Of a stretch of 64,000 nucleotides of DNA, positions 27,280 to 41,575 are shown in pieces. Positions within the stretch are counted from its first letter, which is position 1. Each line of letters starts with the position of its first letter. Location: the NCBI RefSeq assembly GCF_009914755.1, contig NC_060928.1; one strand, written 5' to 3'. The position numbers and the translations under genes are program-made. The stretch comes from the human T2T-CHM13v2.0 reference genome, Homo sapiens. Under the pieces are notes generated by a model, which saw nothing but the letters and a program-made list of their open reading frames with translations, did no database searches and was not told the origin of the DNA.

Positions 27280-27795
27280 GCCCTGCCACACATGAACTCA
27301 CCCCATCTTATACCTCCAAACTGTCTTCTCTTGATTTTAACCTTATTATCTCCTGCCACAGTCCCCTGGAGCCACGTGGACCTTCTGGATGTTTCTTGTC
27401 ATGCCAAGCAGACCCCACTTTCAGAAACCTGAGTTTTCTGCCCTCTTGCCTGAAATGTCCTTCAGATCCACATGACTCATTTTCACACTTGCTTTAGATC
27501 CCTGCTAAAATGCCTGTGAATGAGAGAGCCCTTCACTGACCTACAGTAAGAATCAACACCCTCCACTCCCAGATTCCTCCTCCTGCTACCACCTCTTCTT
27601 GTCAATGACACTTGCTACCACCTGGAATAGGACAAATATGTTTGAATAGAGCCAATTTTTCATCCATTCAAACGACAGTGCCATAAAGTTAGAATCTTTC
27701 ATCAATTCATCTCCTGCCATCTCCTCACTGCCTACAGCAGTGCCTAGTGCAGTGCAGCCAATCAAAAACTGTGTAGGCAAATGAATGAATAAAGG
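27280..27795 (+). mobile_element. L2 3' portion
   Basis: gccacgtggaccttctggatgtttctt...cagtgcctagtgcagtg...atgaatgaataaa. Confidence 0.75.
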
Positions 27796-28946
27796 AAAAA
27801 ACTTCTTGTCATACAAATATAGAAAATGCTTTTTAAGGGGTTTGTTATGACAACAATAAATTTAAATGTGACACATTAGTTTAACAACCCAAAGTCCATC
27901 TCTGGTCAGCTTTCTGTCCCAAGGTCTGTTATATTTGAAACTACCAAGATAATGTGAAGTTCATGTCTTTGCTGTACTATCTGGGTATCTGTGTTCTATT
28001 ACTAAGAGGGAGAATGGGTAACTGGAGTGTGTTGGATGCAGGGAGATTTGTGGGCACCTGGGTACAGGGAAAATCACCTTAGTTTGGCAACTAGATAGTT
28101 GTGTTATTAAACATTTGCTTCTCTCTGCACTTATCAAAGTCATGAATCCTGTCTCGTTCACCTGTGCCTCCAGGGCTGGGACCTGGAAGGCAGAAACATG
28201 CTTGTTGAGTGAATGAAGTCAGCACTAAACTCAGGCTTCTCTCTAGCCCCAGTTCAAGTTACCCTTAACTGGGCTATGGTAAATCTGTAGTATCAAGTTC
28301 AGATGCCCTGTGAGATTCTCCTTCCAGAACCATGTTCACAGATTGTACCTTCTGAGCCATGTCAATACTTTTCAGGTACCCTCATCTCATTGATTAGCAA
28401 GCCCAAATTACAGTGAGCAGATATTGTATCCAAATCTGAATCCAAACCCTATGCAAACTTTGGCATTTACTCAAGACTCAATAAATGTTAAATAAATGAG
28501 TAATTAAACAATTCCGAAAGAAGTTTTCACAAGAGGAGGAAGAGTGCTTAGGAGGTACTCCCCAGTGCACATACACATTATTCTAGTCATTTAGTTAACT
28601 GATAGGCATTAGAATTTTTATTTTAGAAGCATAGGAAGGTTAAGTCCAGACATAAAAAATGATTTGCAGATGGAGATACCATGTCATTGGTAGAAACAGG
28701 AAAAGTCTGAGATCTATTTACTCTGTGTCCGAAACTAGTAACTCCAATTTTAATAAGGACTTATCCACTTCTCTCTTTTGCAACTGCTTGTCCACATATA
28801 GAAGCAGCAGAACAGTTCTCTTGGATAAATATATTAAAGCTAGCCCCACCTATTCACTGACATGAACCTGAGTTATTAATCATGCTAAGCCATTAGTATA
28901 TAAAATATCTAAATAGCTGTCTACCTCTTGTGTGCATACACAAGTT

Positions 28947-29022
28947 CACACACACACACACACACGCACACACACGCACATATATACATCTGGAGAGAGA
29001 GAAAGACAGAGAGAGAGAGAGA
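28947..29022. repeat. Compound (CA)n/(TA)n/(GA)n microsatellite
   Basis: Direct reading. Confidence 0.9.
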
Positions 29023-29023
29023 T

Positions 29024-29568
29024 TGAATATGCCAATAGACAATGGCCAGACCATACATAAAAGTAGAACTCTGACCTACAGCATGCAGCTACCTGTCCAG
29101 GAAACCAACCCCTTATCTGCAATAAACAACCCAGGAAGACAACCTGCCATAAATCAGACTTGCAGGAAGCCGGATCCCGCTATCTCTAGTAACAATCCAG
29201 GAAGCTAAACAATAGCTTCTGTAACAATCAGCCCAAATTGGCCAGACTTTAATTAATAACTGACAGCTTCCTCAATCTTTGTTCCCACTTTCTACTTAGA
29301 ACCGACCAGAGGATGCCAAATACGTACCACTAACCAATCACATTGCATGCCTGCTCCTACTTAGCCCCTCTAAAGAGTCCCCAGATCAAAGACCTCTCTC
29401 AGGGACACACCTGAAGCCTTCCCTTTTTCCCACTATGAAGTTTTCCCACTCCTCTGCCTGCCTTTGAGTCTCTACCAAAAGCAAGTGACAGTGGCTGACT
29501 CCCTTGCTACAGCAAGCTCTAAATAAATAGCCATTGCTTGTTCTCATTTGGTTGGTCTTCATTTATGT
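29024..29568 (+). mobile_element. ERV1-class solo LTR (MER89/MER90/MER110 group)
   Basis: aatggccagaccatacataaaagtagaactctgacc, repeated ccaggaag motifs, CCAAT box, AATAAA near 29522. Confidence 0.65.
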
Positions 29569-29569
29569 G

Positions 29570-29800
29570 CATGTATATATATATTTATGTGTATATATAT
29601 ATATTATGTATATATATGTATACATAATGTATAAATATACATTATATGTATATATCATATATTTATGACATTAGTACATAAAATATCCATTATATGCTTA
29701 TATATAATTTTTATGTGCATGTAACCACTGAATTGTTTAACGTTTTCTTTAAATATACATTTCATATAAAATTTTTATTTTAACATTAATTATAATACTT
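29570..29800. repeat. TA-rich low-complexity sequence
   Basis: Direct reading. Confidence 0.85.
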
Positions 29801-31113
29801 TTATCTTAAACAGAAAAATAGTAATTTCCTAATAAGTACTAAAGTAAGTACCTATTAAATCTATTTACTCAATTGCCACCTAAAAACATGTCACATGCTA
29901 CTAACAATGCATGTAGCTTAGTTAAGGCAAATGCTCAGTTTACAGTAAAAACCTGTTCCTGAATTCAGCTTCATCCCCTCACCTGCTGTGTGGCATAAGA
30001 CAAATGATCTAACGTTTCTGAGTCTTGGGTTCTTACCTCTGAATACCAATGATAAATCCAAACTTGTAGAATTACAGTGCAGATGAAATTCAATGGTATT
30101 TATGCATGCACCAGATCCAGGCAGGTGCTCTATCCTCAATAAATACATTTATATTTTAGTACATGCAAAATAACAGGAGGCAAGGAATATGAGAAGAAAA
30201 CTGCAGCGCCAGAATCAGGTTCCTTGAATTTGTTCAAACCCAAATGAGTATGTGGAGTTCACCATTGGCCAACTACACAACAGCCAGAAAACGTTCATGT
30301 GCGTTAAGTAAAATGCTGACAACGAAAAGCTGTTTAAGCCACCTTAGCCGAATCACAATATATTATTTATAAGGAAGACTTTAAAGGGGAGGGAGGACCA
30401 GCCTGTGGCCATTTCCAATCAAACAGAATCATTACCAATAACATGTTTTCAATGGCTGCATAGGGGGTTTTTGAACGTTGGTTAGAATTAAAGCTCAGAA
30501 AGAGAAAAATATTCAGCAGATGACAAAACAGTCCCAAATCTATTTTCACACATTTTCCAGAAAAGACTGGGTCTCTTTCAAAAGCTTTAAATAGACACTA
30601 ACAGTAAGAAATCTGAAACGCAAAAAATTACATATGTACATTATGTGTGTGTGTGTATAATTATTTCTTAACAATGTTCACATTAACATGGGTCGGTTTG
30701 CTTTAGAAAAATGGTATAATTAAGGTGGCTTGATGGTAAGTTAGTTCCTAAATAACTGCACGGATTAAGAAATTGATGAAATGCATTTAAAAGATGGGTG
30801 AGAGAGATCAGTTTCCTCTCAGGGTGGCTTAGAAGTAGAACTAGTAAGTTCGGTAGAGGCTGCCAGGGGCACGATTCCTGATTCATCAACTCAAAGAGCA
30901 TGCAAAATCCCAGGACATTAGAAGATGGATCAGAAAGTGTAGTGTTCTTAGGTTTTTCTCCTAGGAGAAGAGCAGGGGAGGTTCTTTTCTGCAGAAAGGA
31001 AGAAACAACCTCAGCAATTTCCAAACGAAAAGGCTGGTGTCCCAGGGATGATAAAAAGCAGAGGTTGTGTGTCTGTCAAGCCCACATGCAGGTCTAGGTG
31101 CACTCTGCACCCT

Positions 31114-31235
31114 GCTCCAGGAACTGGGAAGACTCGAGCATGGGGAATGCAGTTGAAACGCATCTCTGAACCCCGCTCCAGGAACTGGGAAGACTCGAGC
31201 ATGGGGAATGCAGTTGAAACGCATCTCTGAACCCC
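31114..31235. repeat. Perfect 2 x 61-bp tandem duplication
   Basis: 31114-31174 is identical to 31175-31235. Confidence 0.97.
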
Positions 31236-34199
31236 TTTTTGAGGTATTTCTTACCTGGCTTTTCCCCTTCTGTCTCCTGAATGATTCTTCAAGCACAAGA
31301 GATGACATTTTGCTTTGAAGAGAGGTACTTTATAGCTACTTCTGAAATATTCGTTTTGCCTTATCAATAGCCAGTGTTTATTTTCTTATATCTCCGGAAA
31401 GCTAATTTTTATCTAGCATCCCACTCTTTCTGTCCTACCATTAAAACCTCTAATTTCTGAAGTTTGATTAAGTCTTCATTTTTCATTTCTTTGTTTTGCT
31501 TTTTTAAGATGGAGGCAAGTTCTATTCAGTTAAATGAATTGACATATAATAATGAAATGTTAATGTGGGAAGGAGCATGGGTCATTATCTAGCCCAAGTT
31601 TTACAGATAAATAAACTGAAGGAAGCTCAGGAAGGTTTACAGTCTAACCATTCTCAAGGCTCCATGGGAGCAGCCATTTAAAAATGGAGCCAAGGTTTTC
31701 CGACTCATCTTACTACAATTTGCTGGAGATCTGAACAAAGATTTACTGTGGGGGAACTGGAGGAATTTCTAGAAGTTGCATTTGTTACTTAATTTTGCAT
31801 ATAAAAGTGAGGATGCTTAAAGAAAAAGTAAGGAGGTGGCACAGGGCAGGGTGTGGAAAGAAGGATAAGAAGCATGGTATCAGACAGTTAAAAAAGGGAT
31901 AAACAATAAAATTTATTTGAAAAGAAAAGCTGTAGAAAAGCTTGGGGAGGGAAGAGTAAATCCTTCATGCAACAAGAAGATCTCTTAAATGAGGAGCTGT
32001 CCCTCAAGAGGCTCAAAGATGTCAGCTTGCCCAGAAACTGTGCATTTTAATATATCAGAGTAAAGTGAAAGAAATAGAAATAGAGAGATGAGATAGCTAG
32101 ATTAGCTAGCTAGATGGATGGATAGATAATTAAACAGTACAGTATAGTATCAAGTATCAGACAGAGCATTAACATTAACTCCAAATATTTTTTAAGTACT
32201 TCAAACCTAGGGAGGCAAAAAGGATTATTTTTTGCTTATATAAACATATTAATTACAGAAATAGTGATTGTATTTACAATTTAAGCTTCATTATCACATG
32301 GCACAGAAACTCACACAGTAACTCACACAATGCATCTATTCTTTATATTGGTGTAATTTTTCTAGCCAACTGCAACATGAAAATATTCTGGTACATCAGG
32401 CTTGATAGATGATCTAGAGCATCCTCTTTCTGAGGGCAGGATCATATCACGTATATCTTTCTATCCTTCAAGGAGCACAGCAAAGGACTTGTGTGAGATG
32501 ATGGCACAATAAATGTTGGTTAAAAGGCTAAATAACAGACAGTAATAATCTCACTAAAAATAAAATAGAGCAGTAAAAGTTTCTAAAATGAGGCTCCACA
32601 AGACTTTTTGCCCAGGCAGCTTGCATGCAAATAAAGTGCTAAACCCTGTCAAGAAATTAAAGCCACATTTAAAAATCAAATGAGATCCCTTTTTTATTGG
32701 AAGGACTTGGGTATAGATCTATGGTCTGCTAATGCATGAAAGACGGTTCATGTCATTACCAGCCAGATCCTGAAAATATGGATGACAAGCTCCTGAATTA
32801 CACAGAAAAAGGCAAGTCTTTGCCTCGCAGAAAACTTGAGTGCTTCCCTCTTTCTTAATTGTATTGCAGATTATTTCAGACTTCAAAACAAACTTCATCA
32901 TTTTTCACTTTAAGAACAAAAACACAAACCCTCCAGCCCTTTCTCCTCATGCTGTGAATGACGCTTGTCATTTTAAAAAAGCCTTTATAAGCTCAGCCTT
33001 TATTCATCCTATTATTTATCATAAGGCTACACTATTTAAGGGTAACGCACATTTGCTTACAGGGGATCGGCCACAGTAACAGCTGGGCCACGTGAAATTC
33101 AGTCGGAAATTCACATTTAAAACTTAGATTTTTCTCTTTGAATGGCAACTGAAAAGAAAAAAAAGTACAAAACACACCGGCTCAGCCAGAGAGCAGGAGA
33201 GGGAGGAGGGGAATTAACAAATCTTTGAAAAATAAAGCTGCATAATCTGCTATATTTCAGGCCGCTTTTATCCTCCAAATCCCCCATCTTTGTTTAAGCT
33301 ACAAACAGACTCTATAAAAATCAGCTCACTGGCCTCCTCCTATTATACACCTCCCTGCACAAATCAAATGAAGCTTTGGCTGAAAAGCTGATAAAGAAAA
33401 AATACACCGACACATGAGCAAGCTGATGTATTTTAAAAGTGGTTATCATTTCTGATCCTTTCCTTTCTCTCCAGGGAATAGATCGTCTTTCTAAGGAGCA
33501 CACAAAACTCTGGCACTGAGCACACTTCACCCCTTGCATTTGTTTTGATTAGGGGTTTTCTAAAATAACGACCGCATGAAGTGTTCCATCATTAGCATTG
33601 ATTTTTAACACCTTGGGTATGAGTCGTTGTCGTGTAACTGTTTAATATTAGGGCATAACCAAGACCCCCTCCTATTATTTGCTCTCACCATACAGTTTTT
33701 CCCTAGGAAACACATTTTTCTCATGCTAAAAACAACAGGCTCTGCATTATCCAGATACTTCAGGTCTGTTCTATTCTATTCTGTTTTCATTTCTGTTGTT
33801 TGTAATAAATTCTAGATTCTGGCCTGCAACGTCAGAAAGTAATACATCCTTCTTAGCCCTTTTGTCTTAGCTTTTCTCGTGATTTCTGGCATAATAGGGG
33901 GATCTTGAGATTCCCAGAGTCCATCCCTTTTGTAGTTCTGTTCAGCCAGCTGCCAGCCCAAATATGAGTGTCACTTTTACACAATCCCATAGCACCAGGA
34001 ATTTTGCTTCACGGTCATTATCATAGTTACGACTTTGTATTGTCTGGTCTTTGATTAATGCCTGTCTCACCTGTACACTCTAAATTCCACAGGGCAGATC
34101 TTGTTCTTAATCTCTGAATCTTCCATGTGCAGCTCAGTGAGTCAATTAGGCATGATAAAGACTCAAAAACTATATTGCTTACCAGATTACAGATTTTTA

Positions 34200-34420
34200 A
34201 AAAATAATATTACCTAAAATTTGCAGAGTATATGCTACAAACCAAGCACTTCCCATACATCATCTCATTTATTCCTCCCCCAATCTCTATAAGGTGGCAA
34301 CTAGTGTCTCCATTCTATTTTATCCATGAGAAATGGAGGCTTAGAGAGCTAAAGTCACTTGCCCGGTTAGGAAAGCATGGGACGGAATCAGGTCATAAGC
34401 TCACAGACTTGTGCTGAGTT
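34200..34420 (-). mobile_element. MIR
   Basis: catgagaaatggaggcttagagagctaaagtcacttgccc. Confidence 0.7.
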
Positions 34421-34891
34421 AGGAACACAAGGGCTGACCCAATAGTTTCATCTTCTCTCATAGCTGCTTCCCACACTGGGCCAAGACCATCAGAATAAGA
34501 CCTATTCATTGTCATGACACCTGGTGCCATTTACCAAGCTCCTATACCCTACTTCTGAGACATTCTGCCTAACACATACAACAATCCTGTTCCATTAAAT
34601 ATTATTCTTATCCCCCTTGACTGTCAAGAATATTGCTACTTAGAGTTCAAGTTACTTCCCCCAGGCATTATGGCAAGGGAAAAACAGAGTTAGGACAAAG
34701 CTTTCCCACACTTTCCTCAAGGGACTTACCACTGGAGACAGAAAAAGCAGGAAGAAAACAAATAAACGAACTGCTCTTGACCACCAAAAAGAATCAGACC
34801 TAGGGAAAGGATGTACATAGGAGAAAGAAGGAGTCGATGACAATGGTGTGCTGGCTGCACAGGTAGAACTCAGGGAGGTAGTTGTTAGAAC

Positions 34892-34961
34892 TGGAATGGA
34901 ATGGAATGAAATGGGCTGGAATGGACTGGACTGGAATGAAATGGATTGGATTGGATTGAAA
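34892..34961. repeat. Degenerate (TGGAA)14 pentamer repeat
   Basis: Units tggaa/tgaaa/tggac/tggat in register. Confidence 0.9.
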
Positions 34962-35023
34962 TTAAAACAGACAGCCAACTTCCCACTTTGTACAAACTTA
35001 TTCCGAAATATGGGTTCACTTAT

Positions 35024-35426
35024 TGCTATGAACTGAATTGTGTCCTTCAGAATTCGTATGTTGAAGCTCCAACCCTTGATGTGATGGTATTTGGAAACGG
35101 GGCCTTTGGGATGTTAGAAGAGGCCATGTGATGTTAGATGAGTCCCACCTGATGGATCAGTACCCTTATAAGGGACCCAGACAGCATGCACGTGTGTGTG
35201 TGCTCTCTTGCGTTCTCCCTCTCTCTCCGCACACATGCACAAAGACACAAAAAAGTCAAGTGAGCAAGCCAAGATGGAAGTCAGAAAGAGAGCCCTCAAC
35301 AGGAATTGAATTAGCCAGAATTTTGATCTTGACTTTCCAGCCTTCAACACTGAGAAAATAAATGTCTATTGTTTAAGCCACCTAGTATACGAAATTTTAT
35401 TATGGCGGCCCAAGCTGTCTAAGACA
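35024..35426 (+). mobile_element. MLT1A-type MaLR solo LTR
   Basis: TGCTATGAACTGAATTGTGTCC...CTAAGACA; TSD cttat / cttgt. Confidence 0.88.
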
Positions 35427-38294
35427 CTTGTAATTTCCTGAAAGGTCATAGAGACCTCCTCAGCATGCTTTAGTCTCCACATCCCTTGGTCTGGCCAAGG
35501 CTGTCTTCAGCTGGTAACATTTGGTGAGAATTTTTTCGCTCATCTAGGTCTATGTGCTTCCCTTTTCAAGCAGTAACTACAAAAAAGCAAACCAATGTAA
35601 ATCCAAAGATATCTGAGGCAAATCCACCACCTTTGAAAAAAACCCATCCAGTTCCTTGTCAGCTGTGGGTGAAATTCTAAGAATGTCCCAACAGGAATTC
35701 AGAGGCCTTGCCTTGAAAAGTAGATCCTTTCCCTCAAAGCAGCTTTGTGTAAACAATTTAACCTATCAATCTCAAGTTGCTTAGATTCTAATCTGTTTTA
35801 TTATGGATTTGAACCTGCTGCACAGAGAAAAGGACAGTCCCCCTCCCTAATGAACTGTTGTTTCAAGACACTCGGCTTTATGATTTTCACACCCCACCCT
35901 CAGCCTTGCCTTTTCAAAGGGGCTTGGGACTTGGTTGGAGCTTTCTTTTATTAATGCAAATACAATTATTAGTTATGCATTTCAATACACCCTAAAATGG
36001 TAAAGGACAATGCTCCAGCACTCACAATAACAATGCATTCCTTTTCATCCCCTGCAGAGCTCCAAATGTTACTTCATTAGTGTGGATTTGATCACAATGC
36101 TCTTTGCCACCATAGCTTCACTTTCGGAGCCCAAGGAAGCTGCAAATGCTATATAATGTATGATTATTAACTTATATTGAACAAATCACAGTGGCTCAGT
36201 CTACTGTTTTTCTGCTAATTCAATTCCTCATTAATAACCCTGATTATTATGCAAGGATAGAATAGGATTTTATAGTACAGATAGCCTGAAATTGCCATGG
36301 CAAACTCATTACCATCCACAGCTATAGTTCTATATAGAACTCAAATTGGAAAACGAGAGAAACTGCCTAATACAGAAAGTTTTATTTTGATGAGAGATAG
36401 CTGAGATGATTTCTCATCTGTTTGGACAAACAAACATGTACATCTGAAGGATCGGCTGTTAGGGACCAAGAAGAGGGAAAGAAAATTGTGGGAGGCATTC
36501 TTTTCTGAAAAGAGTTTTGGCAACAAAGTGAAGCCAATGTAAGTTAAAAATGAACACTCTACACTTAGAAAACCAAATTATGCAAATCCACCCACTTCCT
36601 ACCTAGCTACTGTTTCTCTGCATCGGCTGACTCTTTAAGGTCGGGGGAAAGGCATAGGGATGTTCACAACCTGCTGGGCCAGCTGCTGAGGTTACACACT
36701 CAAATCACAATTGGGAGAACTATCCTTGACTGGAACCAGATACACGTTTTTATAAACCACCAGAACAAAAAGAATAAAGCTGTGAAGTAGAACAAGCTCC
36801 GCACTCAGGCGCCTTCTTACTTAGGCTAAGTGTTCAGATCAAATAGCAACAAAATCAGGTGAGGCTGCCTACTACCTTGATGAAGCCTACTTTTCTACCT
36901 CTAATTATAATGCAAGATAGGAATAAATAAGATCCAACCTAGCCACTCATGATTATAAGGTGAATTGGAGTCATTTAAAATTTAACCCTGGAGAAGATGC
37001 TGTGAGCAGGATAATTGGAATAAATTTGAACAGATACCCAATGATTAAGAATTTGGAAAAAAAAAAAAAGTTGGGGGGCTCTTGAGGGCTAGTATCCAGC
37101 TGGAATGGTTGTCTTGACCTCTGATTCCTGATTTGGTCTGAAAGTTCTTGACCAAAAAGTGTGCACAAATACAGCCTAGAAACTGGCCTGTGAATCAGGA
37201 TCTGGCTGCTGACATAGCAGGCAAGGGACTCTGGGTTACAAAACCAAACATCTACAACTTGGGGGTTCATGTCTGTGCCTCAAAGGGAAGCTACAGGGAT
37301 ATCACAAAATAAAGAGAAAGCCTTGGGGAAATAGCAGCCCTGGGTAAAAAGTCTTTGTGTGGCACCAGCGAATTCAGGTTTGCTCCCTTTCCAGCAATCC
37401 CCTGATAGGCTGAGCACAGCCTTGTGATACGGCAGGGATGTGGGAGTACCACTTTCTGATGTGACGCCTTTCCCTGTCTCAACGACTGTACACAAACCAC
37501 CCTAGTCATCAAGGCAATAATTAACTTCATTTTGATGTTGCCTAATTACCATGTTTACTTTTCACACTATCATCACATATTGGCTTATTTTTAAAAATAT
37601 TGTTATTAGTGGTAACAGATATAATAAATAAAATCTGAATACTTGGGAGAGACGGAGCTGCAGGAGACAATGCCTATTTTTAGAGAGGCAGCCTGACATA
37701 GGGAAAAGAGAACAGAGTTTGTATTCAACAATAAAATCTGAGTTCAAATTTTGACTTGGCCATCATTTTCTCATCTGATAAATAAGAATAATGATACTCA
37801 CCTTTTAAAGTTGTTGGCTGGATTAAATAAGATGCTTTGTGTAATATTCTTAACCTAGTTTGCAGCACATAGCAGGTTCTCCTTAAATGGCAACTGTAGT
37901 GACAGTGATGATGGCTAATAAAAAAATGGCTAGTTAAGTCAGTTTTTGGAGCAAGGTGTTTGAAAACCCACTCACTGGGGTAATGCATCCAACAACTATG
38001 TATTTAATCCTGTTGATTAAGTAAATGAGCAAATGAGAGAACGAATAAATGAATGAATGAATGGAAATGATTTAAGGAACATGCCAACTTTACTAATCAC
38101 TAGGAATTTCAGAAGTGGAATCTCTGTTCCCTGGAACGGTGCCTGGTACTCAGAATTTGTTGTCATGAATGAAATGAGACTTCATTAAAACAAAAAAAGG
38201 TTCTCCAACAAACATAGTTGCACTGCTGATCCCTATTTCCTGGCTTTCACCTTCCCCCATTTCCCTTCCATCCAGAGTCCTTCCAACCCTCTGA

Positions 38295-38799
<505 letters not shown>

Positions 38800-39109
38800 T
38801 GACGCTGAGGGTAATGATGAATGATGTATGTAGTGGGGACATCAAATTATGAGTGCCTGTCCACATTGGGGCCTCCTGCCCCTCGCATTTCACATCAGTC
38901 TCCCCAATGCTGCCCGCAGTCCCCTGATATGGTGGGAGACAGAAAGGGAGATGGAAGCATCCCAGAGAATCTGTAAGAAGAGAGGCTCAAACCACCTGTC
39001 CAAATGAAGAGTTGCTTTCTCCCTGGGGCAGGCTGTGTTCTCCTCCCTTCTGCTTGTCTGTTTTCAAATCAATGACTATATAAATAAATGAGTAAGAAAG
39101 AATAAATCT

Positions 39110-39660
39110 TTCTTAAAGAAAAAAATCCACATTTTAATGTGTAGTTAGTGCCCACTGTGGGAGATGGGGCTTAACTTCTGCCCTCCCATGCAGGTGGCTA
39201 GATTTAGTGACTGGCATCCAATGAATAGAGTCAATGAATATTCATTTCAATAAATGGAGAACGGACAGAAAAAAAAAACAGCAATTTCTACAGGAGAGAA
39301 ACCTGGCAAACACTACCTTAACCGAGAGATGAAAGTTAACATCACCAGCGATGGCATGCGGATATCATGTGACAAAAGGGTATCTCACCTCTGGTATATT
39401 GTTTCAAAACCTACGACCTCAGTGTAATCACAAGTCTAATCATAAGAAAAACTATGAAAGCTATACCTTCAGATTAGTAAGCACTACAGGATATTTGCCT
39501 GAACAGTACTTTTCAAGATGGATGAGATAGTGAAAAATAAAGACTGAGAAACTGTCATAGACCGGAAGTCGCTGTTGGAGATGTCATAGTCAATGCAATG
39601 TGGTACCCTGGATGGAAAAACTGGTGAAATCCAAGGAAAGTGTGGAGTTTAATTAATTAA
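39110..39660 (+). mobile_element. L1MC/MD-type 3' UTR fragment
   Basis: gagaaacctggcaaacactaccttaacc, aatgcaatgtggtaccctggat, aaaactggtgaaatcc. Confidence 0.75.
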
Positions 39661-40729
39661 AAAGAGAGAGAAAGACAGAAGAGCAATTATCCAGGGAGCT
39701 GGACTTATAGATGCCACAGTGTCTGGGCAGCAGCCTATGTGTACCCAGCAGCACCAGCCATCACTGGCCAGCCCCGCCTGGTGCTTTTCCTCCTACACTC
39801 CTTCCCACCTCCGGCTCTCTCATGCTCCTGAAGCTCAGCTCTGGGCAAGAAGGGTCCTCTCTCCACATTCTCTATCTGCCTCCTTTGGATCACAGGCACA
39901 TGTACCCTGGACTTCAACTCACCTGCTACATTCACCTGCATGCCTTTACTTCTAAACCCTCCTTCACTCCCAGAGGATTACCAAAACAAAGTCAATGAAA
40001 CGTCTTCCCAAATAGGGAAATTAGACTCAACACACAACACTCCTGAGTTTCTGTCCCCAAAAAGCAAGAATCCAATCTTTACATTGTCTATTTGCCTGTA
40101 TTTTTAAAAAGGCTGTTTCCGCCTCCAACTTAGACTCTTTTGTCTAATACCTAATCTAATGTAACATTTCGGGAGCACTTTGAATTACGCAAATGTGACA
40201 CTGAACAGGAGGGGATGTTAATGGCTTTACTAGAAAACAATGGAGAAACATATTAAATTTAGTACAGGAAATCCAGGGTTCAAACCCTGCCCTTGCCACA
40301 CAAGTGGTTGTGTGGGCAAGTCGCAGAATCTTCTTGAACACAAGATATCAAACTGTGCAGGTTTGGAAATATAATCTATATCATACCTTCAAATTCTTGG
40401 GTGTTGACAGTCTATTTTTCAATTTATTTAAAAATAAATCTAGAATTTGACTTCTTTTGTTTATAGGAGGTAACATAAAATGTGACAGAAATTCATATCA
40501 ACAGGGACCTCTTCATAAAAAGATTTAATACCAAACATTTAAATTAATAATGTTTTTAAAACCCGAACCAGAAACACAAAAATTGTTAAGTGTCTTCCCT
40601 GAGGTATTAGTTCTGATTAAATCCCCCAAAATCAAAATAACAAAAAAACTATTCATAAATTTATGCCTGGAGTTAGTTTTAAACATAAATGTTAAAAAGA
40701 CATAGATATTTTGTATAAGTAAGTAAACA

Positions 40730-41575
<846 letters not shown>

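Noticed and set aside
31114-31235. CRISPR-like or other repeat-spacer array
   Set aside because: Two abutting copies with no spacers, in mammalian DNA. I saw no prokaryotic-type system anywhere in the window.
31245-31260. Strong minus-strand donor CAG|GTAAGA
   Set aside because: No convincing upstream polypyrimidine acceptor; isolated donor matches are expected by chance in 64 kb.
30683-31308. Cluster of overlapping ORFs with a repeated peptide
   Set aside because: The repetition is explained by the 61-bp duplication; no recognisable protein family.
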